From positions 96,001-160,000 of the forward strand of contig CAVTRY010000018.1 of NCBI GenBank assembly GCA_963737265.1: a stretch of 64,000 bases of DNA. The letters run 5' to 3'. The translations under genes and the position numbers were made by a program. Under the pieces are notes generated by a model. The model ran no database searches, was not told where the DNA came from, and saw nothing but the letters and a program-made list of their open reading frames with translations. Shown piece by piece: positions 34,404 through 45,509 of the stretch (within the stretch, counting starts at the first letter, position 1; each line of letters starts with the position of its first letter). The DNA comes from an uncultured delta proteobacterium. GTDB lineage: Bacteria > Myxococcota_A > Polyangia > Fen-1088.

Positions 34404-34738
34404 GCCTAGGCAACCAGAAAAGAATGGTTCGAAGGTTTGCATGCGCAGTCGGATTGAGCGCGACGCTCGCAGCCACCCCTGGCTGCGTTCCCATCATTGG
34501 CTACGACGACTACCCGCCCGACGCGTATATCGCCACAACCGCGCCTGTCTACTTCGAGGGGCGGCCCATGTACTGGTATGGCAATCGATGGAGCTATCGA
34601 GAAGGTGGTCGGTGGAATCACTACGACCGGGAGCCAGCGGGGCTCTACCAGCGTCGCATGCAAGGCCCGCCCGTGCGACACACCTACGAGCCGGCCCGCT
34701 CGCGTCCCGCCGCGGGCAGACCAGGCGGTCGACGCTGA
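34400..34738 (+). CDS. small putative lipoprotein
   Basis: ATGA overlap; ATPGC then a YPPDAYIATT..WYGNRW aromatic-rich domain. Confidence 0.6.
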   Translation: MSLGNQKRMVRRFACAVGLSATLAATPGCVPIIGYDDYPPDAYIATTAPVYFEGRPMYWYGNRWSYREGGRWNHYDREPAGLYQRRMQGPPVRHTYEPARSRPAAGRPGGRR

Positions 34739-34774
34739 ACGAGGACCAGCCGTTCCGAAGGTCGAGGAACGCCG

Positions 34775-34870
34775 CACCTTAGTTCCCGTTCACACTTAGG
34801 TTCGAAGCCATCGGCTGCCTCCGCGAAGAGAATCCGCTCCTGGATATCCGGCGCCAACAAGGTCAGGTCG
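34775..34870 (-). pseudogene. fragment of a recombinase-module-associated protein
   Basis: LTLLAPDIQERIL motif, recalled from proteins beside serine recombinases; no intact gene. Confidence 0.4.
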
Positions 34871-34999
34871 GGGAGACCGATCGTCTCGGGGGAGACCTCA
34901 ATGCCGCTCTTGGCTCCAGACTCGACGTCACCGCTTGCCGCTGGTGCTGGGCGCCCCATTCGTTACCCTGACCACGCGGTCGAGCGCCGGCGACACGCC

Positions 35000-35677
35000 C
35001 TAATTCAAGACAGCTGACAGCGGGATGTCGATTCGTCCGAAGGACTGTTTGGTCGTCGCATCGACTAGGTCCGCTCGGAGCGTGAGAGCTTCGATGTCAC
35101 GTTTCGTCTTTGGAAAATAGACGAAGCCTGCAATCGTTCGCCCATCTGGCACCACGCCCTCCTTGATCGCCCAGTGGATCATCTCTCGAGTGGGCAGGCT
35201 TTCTTCCCAGTGAAGTTTAGGGCGGACGTAGTGCGCAAAGTCCGGCTCGAGTGAGGTGCCCCACCAAGGATCGTCAAGGCCAATCTCTGGGGGAGCGGCC
35301 GAGACAGGAATTTCAGCCTTGCCGGTTACCTTGGCGGGAGGCACAGCCATAAACCTCACCTGGCTGTCATGGGGGTCTTCCATGCGAAGAGCGCTGTAGC
35401 CAAGCCACAATGCCTTGCCGCTGTGATTTACAATCTTCATCCAGACAGGAAAGACATACTGGGACAGCGTCGCTGGATCCCCTCTCCACCGCTGTGCCTC
35501 CGCGACAACGCGAACGCCTCCGCTCTCGTCTGCCGCGGCCTGTCCAGAGCCTTGGCTTGCTTGCGCACCGGGCTCGGGCGTCATCTGCCCCTTGTGAGCG
35601 CATGCCGCCAACGAGAACATTATCGCCGTCAGCGCTGCGCGCAGCCGCGTTATCTCACTCCCTCTTTCATCCTTCAT
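35000..35677 (-). CDS. hypothetical lipoprotein
   Basis: GGAGG RBS, LAAC lipobox, EGVV..GFVYFP. Confidence 0.65.
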   Translation of the reverse strand: MKDERGSEITRLRAALTAIMFSLAACAHKGQMTPEPGAQASQGSGQAAADESGGVRVVAEAQRWRGDPATLSQYVFPVWMKIVNHSGKALWLGYSALRMEDPHDSQVRFMAVPPAKVTGKAEIPVSAAPPEIGLDDPWWGTSLEPDFAHYVRPKLHWEESLPTREMIHWAIKEGVVPDGRTIAGFVYFPKTKRDIEALTLRADLVDATTKQSFGRIDIPLSAVLN

Positions 35678-36433
35678 GACATCCTCCCTTCCGCCCAGTC
35701 GAAGACCGGATGCAATATCGATGTAACTGGTCTCTTTGTCGCTTGGCGGTTGGATGCTTCAAATTGCAGCAAAGGATCACCGCATGGCGATGCGTGGTCT
35801 TCGCTGTTCCTGCCACCAACTGCCCGAGATCGCTGACTCGGCTCGATGTCGCTGTCAGCAAGCGCCATTTGATAAGGCGAAACCTGGACGACCGTGGCAA
35901 CCAGTGGAGCGGGATGGCGATGTATGTAGATGAAGCGAGCAACCAGACCACCGGCTACAGCATCCATTTCAAGCATCCGGTTATCCTCACACCGTTTGGC
36001 AGGCCACCATCCGGATGCTTCGACATGCACTGGAGGCGAGAATTATGGCGACAAGACACGGAACCGCGTGCCGAGAGATTCTGAAGGGCGCCGTAGCCGC
36101 CGTTTTATTGGGTCACCTGGCGGGCTGCTTCCCCAGCGTCGGTGGAACGTGGCAGGACGGTGGACTAGATGCTCCGCCAATCGACACCACGGCATCAACA
36201 CTCGGCAACCTCCCGCACGACGGGAGAACCTCCGGCGAGAATCTGGGACGGTCGAGTCCAGCCGCCGAGCGAACGATGGTCCAAGCACCACGTTGACGCT
36301 AGATGCATGGCCCGCTGGCGGGCGCACGGCTGCCGCGACGAGCAGTGGGATCTACATTAGACCGGCATTTCCTCCGGCCCCGAAACTGGCTCGGCCGGGC
36401 GTGAAGGGGATTACTACTGCTATCATGGTAGCC

Positions 36434-36733
36434 ATGCGGTCATGTCTGTGCATCGTCTTCCTGGCGGTCTTCATGGCAGCCTCGCTGCCGACGCGCGCGG
36501 AAGGCGAGACGTTGCCGCAGATCCTCATCAAAGTCGGGGAAGTCTACCAGCTCCACCTCGGCTTCATCATCGTGGGATTGGTGTGCGACGACACATCGTT
36601 GGTGCGCATTGAGGACGGTGGCGATCATCTGCGCCTAGTGGGCTTGGCGCCAGGTCGGACCAAGTGCGGCTTCTGGAGCAAGGCTCAATCACCCACGCCC
36701 TCAAGGGTCTACGAAGTCGAGATCTCTCGATAG
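36434..36733 (+). CDS. small secreted protein (pilus-assembly N-terminal-domain-like)
   Basis: Signal peptide; CDD..LVGLAPGRT-C. Confidence 0.5.
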   Translation: MRSCLCIVFLAVFMAASLPTRAEGETLPQILIKVGEVYQLHLGFIIVGLVCDDTSLVRIEDGGDHLRLVGLAPGRTKCGFWSKAQSPTPSRVYEVEISR

Positions 36734-36835
36734 CGAGACCCCGAAGTCGACGGGCAGGAGCCGATGGCCGAGAGGGCAGTGAGGGCGGCGGTGCGTGTGG
36801 AAGATTGGGCGCGCGGGCCGCGACTGGTCGCCCGG

Positions 36836-37714
36836 TCAGACGAGGAAGTCGAACATCTGCACCCGTGCGAGGTAGCCTTCAAGGTCGGCGGCGAACTGGT
36901 CGAGGAGGAGGTCGAGGACGAGGACAACGCGGTCTCCCTGGACGCGCAGAACGCGACCCGAAGCAGGGATCTCGGGGCCGGCGAGGACGAGGACGCCGGA
37001 GAGCTCTCCATTGGGCTCGGGGAGCGCGCCGTCGAGACGGAAGTTGACGTGCGTGCGCGAGAGCTCGACGACGGTGGCGATGCGGCCGTCGTCGAGGCGC
37101 AAGTAGGCGGCCAGGGCCGCGGGCGGCTCAACGCGATAGTTGGCGCGTCGGTTCTGTTGGATCAGGCCTTCCAGCGCGTCGTGGACGCGGCGTGAAATCG
37201 GCGAGTCTGGGCTCTCAAGGATGAAGTCGCGCAGGCCCTTCATCTTCTTCTGGGTGACGATGATGTGCTCGCGCATCTCCGCCGTGCGCCGCTGGTCGTG
37301 GGCGATCTTGTCGGCGGCAGAAGTGAGGAGGGCGCGGTAGAAGGCAAGACCAATAACGGGGTTCCGCGAGCAGAAGTCGTGCAGGCGAGCCGAATCGATG
37401 CGACGGAGGACAGTTGCTGGCCCGACGACAGCCCGGCAATGGCGGGCGAGGCCAGTCGTTGCGCCGAGCTCGCCGATGAGACAGGGCGGCTTAATGAGGT
37501 AGACCTCGCGCTCGTCCTGGCGGAGCGAGACCTCGCCGGCGGTGAGCAGGAAGAAGGCTCCTGCCGCCTCTCCCTGGGCGAAGAGGATTTCGCCATCGTT
37601 CGCGCCCACCGGCTCGAAAAGCTCTGTCAAGCGCTGGACCTCTTCGTCACTAAAACCACGGAAGAGGGGGATGCCACGCAGCTCGGCTGGGCGAATGCCA
37701 ATCTTCTGGATCAT
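36836..37714 (-). CDS. cyclic-nucleotide-binding protein with C-terminal PilZ-like domain
   Basis: IPLFRGF, LFAQGE, IGELG; RRANYRV..ELSRTH. Confidence 0.75.
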   Translation of the reverse strand: MIQKIGIRPAELRGIPLFRGFSDEEVQRLTELFEPVGANDGEILFAQGEAAGAFFLLTAGEVSLRQDEREVYLIKPPCLIGELGATTGLARHCRAVVGPATVLRRIDSARLHDFCSRNPVIGLAFYRALLTSAADKIAHDQRRTAEMREHIIVTQKKMKGLRDFILESPDSPISRRVHDALEGLIQQNRRANYRVEPPAALAAYLRLDDGRIATVVELSRTHVNFRLDGALPEPNGELSGVLVLAGPEIPASGRVLRVQGDRVVLVLDLLLDQFAADLEGYLARVQMFDFLV

Positions 37715-37885
37715 AGAGAAGGAGCGTATCACGGCGCTGTTGCCGTCGCCGACATTGCCGCGAAGATCCCTATGTCGCCCACGCCCGCGCTCGCCGCGCC
37801 CGCGACGCCGGCATGCACGATCGTTCACGCCGGTGATACGATGCCTGTCGGCGGCCCACCCCAGGCCGCCATCCGAAGGAACCCG

Positions 37886-38924
37886 ATGCCCATCAAGAAG
37901 TCCGAGCTCTATTCCCGCCTCTGGCAGTCCTGCGACGAGTTGCGGGGCGGGATGGATGCCAGCGAGTACAAGAACTACATCCTGGTCCTGCTGTTCATCA
38001 AGTACGTCAGCGACAAGTTCGCGGGCCAGCCGTACGCCGAAATTATCCAGGACATCGAAGGCCACCTGCAAGGCGGCATCCCGGCGGCCGAAGTGGACGC
38101 CGAAAGCGCCATGGCGCCGTACTGGATGGTATGCCCGAGACTGAAGAAGGCGCTCTTTGAAGGGCAGCGCAAGGGCTACTTCGACCTGAAGGTCGCCAAG
38201 GCCGACATCAAGACCACCATCTACGAGCACCCCGAGTTCGCCGATTTCATCGCCCAGATGAACGCCCACTTTGCCGTGTGGAAGAAGAAGAGCACAGGCA
38301 TGCTCAAGGCGCTCAAGCCCGGCTTCCACCCCAAAGAGCTGATCGCCAAGCTGTCCGAAGGCCTGCTCGACCACTACGCCGACCGGCCGCTGGTCGATCC
38401 CTATGACATCTACCAGCACCTGATGGGCTACTGGGCGCAGACCATGCAGGACGATGCCTACCTGGTCGCCGACGAAGGGTCGGACGGTGGGTGGCACGCG
38501 GAAACAAGGTCAACGCGGCCAACGTGGCCAAGCGCCTGAAGGAAATCAAAGGCGACAAAGGCGCCGCCAGCGACAAGGATGCGAAGGCCGAAGCCGAGGC
38601 CCTAGAAGCCTGGCTGGAAGCGAACACCAAGGAAGTTGATCTCAAGAAGTGGACGCCGAGGCCAGCTTGGACGCCAAGGCCTACGCCCAGTATCCCAAGC
38701 TTGGTGAGGCCGACGTGAAATCCCTGGTGGTGGACGACAAGTGGATGGCCGCGCTGGAAGCCGTGATCCACGGCGAAACCGACCGAATCAGCCAGCAGCT
38801 CACCCAGCGGGTGAAAGAGCTGGCCGAACGCTACGAAACTCCTCTGCCCGACCTGAACAAGCGCGTGGCCGAGCTCGAGGCCAAGGTCAACCGACACCTT
38901 GCCCACATGGGGTTCCAGGCATGA
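37886..38924 (+). pseudogene. hsdM: type I R-M modification subunit remnant (catalytic core deleted, frameshifted)
   Basis: MPIKKSELYSRLWQSCDELRGGMDASEYK joined directly to C-terminal QDIEGHLQGGIP..MQDDAY..VKELAERYETPLP; no NPPF or DPACG motif. Confidence 0.85.
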
Positions 38925-39964
38925 CAGACCTGATCGTTGGCCCTGACTACGCCGCCTGGCTGGTGGACCTGAAGTCGCGCATTCAGCGTGCGCGGACGCA
39001 GGCCGCCCTGGCCGTGAACCAAGAGCTGGTGCGTCTTTACCGCCACCTCGGCAGCGAGATCCTGGCCCGGCAGGACCGCCAAGGATGGGGCGCCAAGGTC
39101 ATCGATCGCCTGGCCGTGGACCTGCGCGCCGCCTTCCCCGACATGCGGGGCCTGTCCGCCTCGAACCTCAAATACATGAGGTTCTTCGCCGAGCTTTGCC
39201 CGGTGCTTCAAATTGGTCAGCAACCTGCTGACCAATTGCCCTGGTTCCACATCGTGACGCTTCTGACCAAGGTCACCGACCCTGACCAACGCGAATGGTA
39301 CGCCATCCGCGCCGTCGAACGTGCCTGGTCCCGCGCCGCCCTGCAAGCCAACATCAAGGCCCAGCTCCATCTGCGTGAAGGCGTGGCGGTGACTAATTTC
39401 GCCCAACGCCTGCCCGAGCCCCAAGTCCAGCTTGCCCAGGAGATTCTGAAAGATCCCTACCACTTCGATTTCCTGGGTCTTGGCGACGAGGCCCACGAAA
39501 GGGACATCGAGAGCGCCCTGGTCCGCCACATCACCCGCTTCCTGCTGGAGCTGGGGGCAGGGTTCGCCTTCGTCGGCCGCCAGCAGCGCATCGAAGTGAA
39601 CGGCGACGAGTTCTTCATCGACCTGCTCTTCTATCACGTACGCCTCAAGCGCTACGTGGTGGTGGAATTGAAGGCCGGAGCCTTCGCGCCCGAGCACGCG
39701 GGCCAACTGAATTTCTACCTGGCCGCCGTGGATGCGCAGCTCAAAGCCGCCGACGACAACCCCACCATCGGGCTTCTCCTGTGCAAGACCAAGAACCAAC
39801 TGGTCGCAGAGTACGCCCTTTCCGGCATCGCCAAGCCCATGGGCGTGGCCGAATACCAACTCCTGCGCGCCCTGCCCGAGCCATTGGACACCAGTCTGCC
39901 CACCGTCGAGGAATTGGAAGAAGAGCTGAACGCGGGCCTCACGGATGGAGGCAAAGATGAGTGA
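38921..39964 (+). CDS. YhcG/DUF1016 PD-(D/E)XK nuclease-domain protein
   Basis: WGAKVIDRLA, KDPYHFDFL, FFIDLLFYH, ELK, GQLNFY. Confidence 0.93.
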   Translation: MTDLIVGPDYAAWLVDLKSRIQRARTQAALAVNQELVRLYRHLGSEILARQDRQGWGAKVIDRLAVDLRAAFPDMRGLSASNLKYMRFFAELCPVLQIGQQPADQLPWFHIVTLLTKVTDPDQREWYAIRAVERAWSRAALQANIKAQLHLREGVAVTNFAQRLPEPQVQLAQEILKDPYHFDFLGLGDEAHERDIESALVRHITRFLLELGAGFAFVGRQQRIEVNGDEFFIDLLFYHVRLKRYVVVELKAGAFAPEHAGQLNFYLAAVDAQLKAADDNPTIGLLLCKTKNQLVAEYALSGIAKPMGVAEYQLLRALPEPLDTSLPTVEELEEELNAGLTDGGKDE

Positions 39965-39995
39965 GGTCAGACGTGGCTACAAGCAGACGGAGGTG
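39957..39995 (+). pseudogene. first ~13 codons of a type I specificity subunit (HsdS)
   Basis: MSEVRRGYKQTEV matches the common HsdS start GYKQTEVG, then homology stops. Confidence 0.55.
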
Positions 39996-40195
39996 GCGAG
40001 CTTTGCGCCGGACGCGCCAATGGTCGACCTCGGGTCTTCGACCTGCACGCGGCGATCGGCCCGGCTTGGGCAATGGGCAATTTTGGCACTACATTGCTTG
40101 TTCTTGGAATTTCCGTAGCACAACCGTTGCCAAACGTTATCGATTCGCCCGCGAGAACTTCTGTACGGTCACGGCCGACCAGTAAGGAGGTCCCC

Positions 40196-43138
40196 ATGTT
40201 GCTCGACCGTCGCAGATTCTCTCTATCGCAATTGCTCCCGCTCGGAGCCCTCACAACCCTTGCCTTCTTCGCGGGCTGTGGCCAGCACGAAGCCCCGGCC
40301 AACTCGGGTAGCGCCGACTTGACCGTCAAGACGCTGCTCAGCGCCGCTAACATCACCGGCGTAACCGCCACGATTTCCGGCTCTGCCCTCTCCACGCCCC
40401 GATCCGTCGCGCTCTCTTCGAGCACCACCGGGACCTGGGGCGCTCTCATCGGAGCGCTCCCAGCCGGCACCGGCTACGTCTTCACCGTCAGCGCCACCGA
40501 CGTAAATAGCGTCGCGCAGTACACCGGCGTCGCCTCCAACGTCACCATCGTCCAGAATGTGGTGACCAGTGTTGTCATCACTGCCCAGCAGGCCACGGCC
40601 CCGACGCCTTTCCAGAACTCGGTCCCCGTGATCGACGCGTTCGTCCTCTCGTCGAGCAACGTCGCTCCGGGCGCCACCATCGCCGCCACGGTCACGGCCC
40701 ACGATCCGGACGCTGGCGACACCCTCACTTACGCCTGGACGGTAAGTCCCAAGGGTAGTGTCTTCTCGGCCCCGACCGCCGTGACCACCAACTGGACCGC
40801 GCCCACCACGGCGGGCGCGTACACACTCACCATCGCCGTCACCGATAGCCACGGCGCGACCGCCTCGGCCTCGGTCGTGGTGAACGTCTCGACCAGCAAT
40901 GGCGTGGGCCAAGCCTCCCTTACCGTCAACCTCAACACCTGGCCGGTGGTGACCAACATGGTCGCGGCCCCGAGCTACCTTGTCCTTGGCCAGCCGACCA
41001 AGCTGACCGCGGTTGCCACCGATGCGGACGGCGACCCGCTGACCTACGCCTGGACCAGCACCTGCGCCGCCGGCACGTTCAGCGCCGCCATGGCCGCCGC
41101 CACCACCTTCACCTTGCCTGCTGGCGACACCGACGCTAGCTGCTCGATCAGCGTCGCCGTCAACGACGGCCGCGGCGGCTCGACCAGCGGTAAGGCCACA
41201 CTGCCCGTCGGCGCTCCTGCTGCGGTCAGCTCTCCGGTCTTCACGGGCAGCTCGCAGTCGCCCAACGTCGTGACCCCTGGCATGAGCGTGACCTTCCAGG
41301 TCACCGCCTCGGATCCGCAATCGAGCGCTCTCACCTTCACCTGGATTGCTCTCTCGGGCACCGTCTCGGGCCAGACCAACACCGCCAATTCGTCGCAGAT
41401 CACCTGGACTGCCCCCGCCGGCGCCTCGTCGAGCTCCACGGTATCCGCCGTGGCGACCGACGCCCTCGGCATGAGCGTTGAGCTCGACTTCGCAGTCACG
41501 GCTTGCGCGGCCGCATTGAAGTGGCCCTACCTCATCTACCCCGGCCAGAACTCGACGATGCAAGTGCTCTGGCAGGACAACAACGCCGGCGAGTCGAATA
41601 GCGTTCGCTGGGGCACCGACACGAGCTACGCCATGGGGAGCGCGGTCGCGCCCGAGTTCGGCGACAAGCAACACGCGTACACCATCACGGGCCTGCAGCC
41701 GGACACGAAATACTACTACCAGGTGACCGACACGGCCGTCACTGCCTGCGTCTACGGCCAGGGCTCGTTCACCACCGCGCCCGCGGACACCGCGACCTCC
41801 ATCCGCTTCATCGGCCAGGGCGACTCCCGCAGCCAGCCGTTCGCGCTTGACAACCTGATGCAGGCGCTCACCACGTTCTACGCCCAGCCCGGGAACGCGG
41901 ACTACCAGCGCTTTGCCATCCACAACGGCGACTGGGTGAGCACCGACGGCGAGAGCTACTGGACGAGCCAGTGGTTCGATCCCACCAAGAAGGACATCGT
42001 CGCGTACACGGCCAATACGCCCATCGACGGCGTCAAGGGCAACCACGACAACGCCTCGGGCTACAGCACCACCTTCCCGAAGTACTTCCCCTTCCCGTAT
42101 CCGGCCGCGACGCTCAAGGCTGGGACCGGGCCCGGGACCAGCATGCCTGCCACCTATAACAACCTCTACTGGTCTGTGGACTACGGTCCGGTCCACATCA
42201 CGTTCGTCGACGAGTACTCGGCCTTCACGCCTGGCTCGCAGCAGTACACCTGGCTCACGAACGACCTCGCCACCACCACGAAGCCTTGGAAGCTCCTCGT
42301 CTACCACGAGCCGGCGTACTCCGCGGGCTCGGACGGCGACAACACCTCCGCCCAAACCTACCTCGAGCCTCTCATCACCCAGTACAACGTGGACCTCGTC
42401 TTCGCCGGTCACAGCCACAACTACGCTCGCACGGGTGCCTATAACCTCACCCAGGCCCAGGGCGACCAGATTGCGCTCAACGTCCCGCACATCACCAGCG
42501 GCGGTGGTGGCGCGCCGGTCTATCAGCCCGACATGACCAACACCCACAGCAAGTACCCGCACGTCATCACGGCGTGGCCTGCCTTCGAGTTCGTGACCTT
42601 CGACGTGAAGCCGACCACTCTCACCATGACCGCCTACCAGGTCAACAACGTGAGCTTGACGGCTATCATGACGCCGGCCGCGCTGACCCTCTCGAAGATT
42701 GAGACCATCGTGCTCAATCACTTCAGCAACGTCACGCCGCAGTTTACCGCGACGACGAGCGCGTTCGTGCAGGATGCAACGACCGGCCACTATATGGGCA
42801 AACTGATCCTCACCAACACGGGTGCGGATGTTGCCGGAACCGTCGACGTCGTGATGGACGGCATCCTGAACCTCGCCGGGCTCGGTACGCCGGACAACGA
42901 GTACAGCACCACGAGCCCCCCGCTCGCCTCGATGATCGCCCAGAACACCGGATTGGCGACGACCGTCACGGTGGTCGGTGCGACCGGCTCTAACAACGGT
43001 GAGCCGATGATCCGTGCCACCAGCAGCGGCGTTTTGGCTGGCGGCCAGATCGTCGTCCCGCTGGAGCTCGACATGGGGACTGGTGGCATCGATCCGAACG
43101 CCACCAGCTTCTTCACCCCAGTGATCCTGAAGGAGTAA
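40196..43138 (+). CDS. lipoprotein metallophosphoesterase (purple-acid-phosphatase-like fold) with Ig/PKD-like repeats
   Basis: AAGGAGG RBS; DRRRF plus FAGC signal; repeated DPDxGDxLTYxW; GLQPDTKYYY; GDS, GDWV, GNHD, YHEP, GHSH. Confidence 0.88.
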   Translation: MLLDRRRFSLSQLLPLGALTTLAFFAGCGQHEAPANSGSADLTVKTLLSAANITGVTATISGSALSTPRSVALSSSTTGTWGALIGALPAGTGYVFTVSATDVNSVAQYTGVASNVTIVQNVVTSVVITAQQATAPTPFQNSVPVIDAFVLSSSNVAPGATIAATVTAHDPDAGDTLTYAWTVSPKGSVFSAPTAVTTNWTAPTTAGAYTLTIAVTDSHGATASASVVVNVSTSNGVGQASLTVNLNTWPVVTNMVAAPSYLVLGQPTKLTAVATDADGDPLTYAWTSTCAAGTFSAAMAAATTFTLPAGDTDASCSISVAVNDGRGGSTSGKATLPVGAPAAVSSPVFTGSSQSPNVVTPGMSVTFQVTASDPQSSALTFTWIALSGTVSGQTNTANSSQITWTAPAGASSSSTVSAVATDALGMSVELDFAVTACAAALKWPYLIYPGQNSTMQVLWQDNNAGESNSVRWGTDTSYAMGSAVAPEFGDKQHAYTITGLQPDTKYYYQVTDTAVTACVYGQGSFTTAPADTATSIRFIGQGDSRSQPFALDNLMQALTTFYAQPGNADYQRFAIHNGDWVSTDGESYWTSQWFDPTKKDIVAYTANTPIDGVKGNHDNASGYSTTFPKYFPFPYPAATLKAGTGPGTSMPATYNNLYWSVDYGPVHITFVDEYSAFTPGSQQYTWLTNDLATTTKPWKLLVYHEPAYSAGSDGDNTSAQTYLEPLITQYNVDLVFAGHSHNYARTGAYNLTQAQGDQIALNVPHITSGGGGAPVYQPDMTNTHSKYPHVITAWPAFEFVTFDVKPTTLTMTAYQVNNVSLTAIMTPAALTLSKIETIVLNHFSNVTPQFTATTSAFVQDATTGHYMGKLILTNTGADVAGTVDVVMDGILNLAGLGTPDNEYSTTSPPLASMIAQNTGLATTVTVVGATGSNNGEPMIRATSSGVLAGGQIVVPLELDMGTGGIDPNATSFFTPVILKE

Positions 43139-43158
43139 GTAGGTCGGATGACGGGACG

Positions 43159-43188
43159 ACGGGGGCTTTCGGGCCCCCGTTTCCTTTT
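43159..43188 (+). terminator. intrinsic terminator
   Basis: ACGGGGGC-TTTCGG-GCCCCCGT-TTCCTTTT. Confidence 0.8.
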
Positions 43189-43326
43189 GACTCTCGACGA
43201 GCTGTCGCTGGCGCCGAGCATGCTGCGCCGGACGATCCGGCCATGAGGGCGCTGCATCAGAAGGCTCGATAACAACAGGGACACTGGCATACGCCGTGTC
43301 CTCCTACATGAGCAACCTTCCTCGAC

Positions 43327-44058
43327 ATGAAGATAACGATCTGCACATCCCTGGCCCTCCATCTCCTGCTGCTTTCCGCGGCCGATAAGATGGGAAGCGC
43401 CTCGGCCCCCGCCAAACCGACGGCGATCGAGGTCGATCTGGGCAAACCCTCGATGATCGAAGTTGAGCTGGGGGGCGGCCGCAAAGCCGTGCAGCCGGTC
43501 CGCGACTGCGGGAAGAGTGTGCACCTGAGACGAAAGCAGCCGGCGCACCGCCTGACCAAGACGGCCCGTCTGGAAGCAAGGCCGGCTCCGCCCTTGCCCG
43601 CGCCGCCATCTTCTGTTGCAGAGACAGCAGTGAAGGAGGCCGCGGCACCTGTCTCCTCTCCCATATCTGAGTTGGTGTCCGGAGAGTCAACCGCGACGGT
43701 CGACAACGTCATCCGCTCCGCCGGGGTAGCACCGTCTGCCGGTTCCGAAAGCGGGAAGCCGGCCAGCCCTGGGACAAGCGAAGGGAACGGCATGCTTCCC
43801 TTCGTGATCAGCGGCCCCCCGCCTGCCTACCCGCAAGATGCCCGTTCCAAGGGGTTCACCGGAAAGGTGAAGGTGAAGGTCTTGATATCCGAGCAGGGGA
43901 CTGTCGAGGATACGGTCATTGCCCAGAGCTCCGGGTATGCAAGCCTCGACGAGGCGGCAAGGCTTGCTTTGCGCCACTGGCACTTCAGTCCGGCGTACAG
44001 AGGTGGCCATGCAGTTGCCGCCTGGGTCGTCGTGCCGGTGACGTTCAAGCTGGCGTGA
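43327..44058 (+). CDS. tonB: TonB family energy transducer
   Basis: SLALH TM motif, PAYPQDAR..G, SSGYASLDEAA, VPVTFKL. Confidence 0.88.
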   Translation: MKITICTSLALHLLLLSAADKMGSASAPAKPTAIEVDLGKPSMIEVELGGGRKAVQPVRDCGKSVHLRRKQPAHRLTKTARLEARPAPPLPAPPSSVAETAVKEAAAPVSSPISELVSGESTATVDNVIRSAGVAPSAGSESGKPASPGTSEGNGMLPFVISGPPPAYPQDARSKGFTGKVKVKVLISEQGTVEDTVIAQSSGYASLDEAARLALRHWHFSPAYRGGHAVAAWVVVPVTFKLA

Positions 44059-44206
44059 CCGGCCCTCTCAATCGACGCAAGATCCATCCCAACAGAAAGG
44101 TAGTTTTGAAATGATAGTGTCATCCAGGCCAACGCGGGTAGGGGGAACCAGAGTCTCGATTCTCGTTGCGCTGCTGAGCCTAGGCCAAGCAGTCTCGGTT
44201 GCATCT

Positions 44207-44446
44207 GCGGAAACCGAGCCTGCAGCGGCCTCTCCGCCGCCAAGTGATGCGCCTGCAACGGAGTCCGCGGAAACCTCGCCGGCAGCGACCTCTCCGCCGC
44301 CAAGTGATGCGCCTGCAACGGAGTCCGCGAAAACCTCGCCTGCAGCGGCCTCTTCGCCGCCAAGTGAGGTGCCTGCAACGGAATCCGCCAAACCCCTGCC
44401 TCCAGCGCCCTCCCCGCCGTCAGGTGATGCGCCTGCAACGGAGCTC
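44207..44446 (+). repeat. four ~60-bp in-frame tandem repeats
   Basis: Encode SPPPSDAPATESAxT units. Confidence 0.9.
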
Positions 44447-45320
44447 GCGGAGGTTTTGGTGACGGACAAGAAAGAGACCACGCCGGCGCCCAGGCCAGGA
44501 AGCGCGGAGAGCGGATATCTGAGCACCTCCGCAATGCTCGGAACACTCGGCAATGCAAAGCTCCTGGATACCCCATTTACAGTCACGTCTTTTCCACAAC
44601 CACAACCTTCGGCATGTCGAATCCGGGCTATTCTCCCGACCCGAACGTCACGATTTCCAAAAGCCCTCCCTATCACACAACCCAGAAGGCGTTACGCCAG
44701 TCCACGCTGCTGACCGATCAGCTTGCCCTGGGTCAGAAGTGGTCCCTGCTTGCAGGACTCTCCTACGTGAGCATCGCTGACAAGCAGTATTCAAACACGA
44801 CCGGCGCGTTGACATCGGATTACCACCAAGGAAGAGTTACTCCGGCCGCGGCGCTCATGTTCAAACCCGTTCCAAAGGTGACCGCCTATGTGTCGTATAT
44901 CCAGGCTCTGGAAGAAGGTCCCATCGCGCCCAGCACGGCCGCCAATGCCGGTGAAATCCTCAAACCCTTCCTGAGCGATCAGGTGGAGATGGGGCTGAAG
45001 ACGCTCATCGGCGGGATGAACCTGAATGCCGCTGTTTACCGTATTGAAAGGGCCAATGCATACACCGACCCCGACACCAGCATTGTCACCGAGGACGGGC
45101 GGGAGGTTCACATGGGCGGAGAACTCTCCTTCTCCGGCAAAGTCACCGACAATTTCACCCTGCTGGGAGGATTCTCGATCCTGAGAGCGACGATTGAAAA
45201 GGCCACCGATCCGGGGCTTGAGGACAAGTCCCCGCAGGCCGTCCCGAGAACCCTGGCGAGATTGTATGGAGAATACGCCCTGCCCGTCGTTCCCGGCCTT
45301 ACCGTGACAGGGGGCATGTC

Positions 45321-45509
45321 CAGGGCCATCGCATCATCCTACATCGACGCAGGATCCATCAGAGTCTCGGCCATTTCTGGAAGGTTTTCCCCTGGGGTCG
45401 GTGCGCGCGCCGGTGTGCAGGCAGGTTCGGCAGCGCGCACGGGCGCGGAGACCGGCATAACTATCGGCATCTCCGCAAGATCACTTACAATTTAGATGCG
45501 TTGGCCCTG
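45321..45509. mobile_element. 189-bp ISAs1-type miniature element (MITE)
   Basis: Inverted ends CAGGGCCATCGCATC / GATGCGTTGGCCCTG; 10-bp target duplication GGGGCATGTC at 45311-45320 and 45510-45519. Confidence 0.88.

Noticed and set aside
40084-40098. sigma54 promoter TGGCACTACATTGCT
   Set aside because: GG-GC spacing is 9 rather than 10 nt, and the paralogous copy at 47325 has the same length and lacks the GC.
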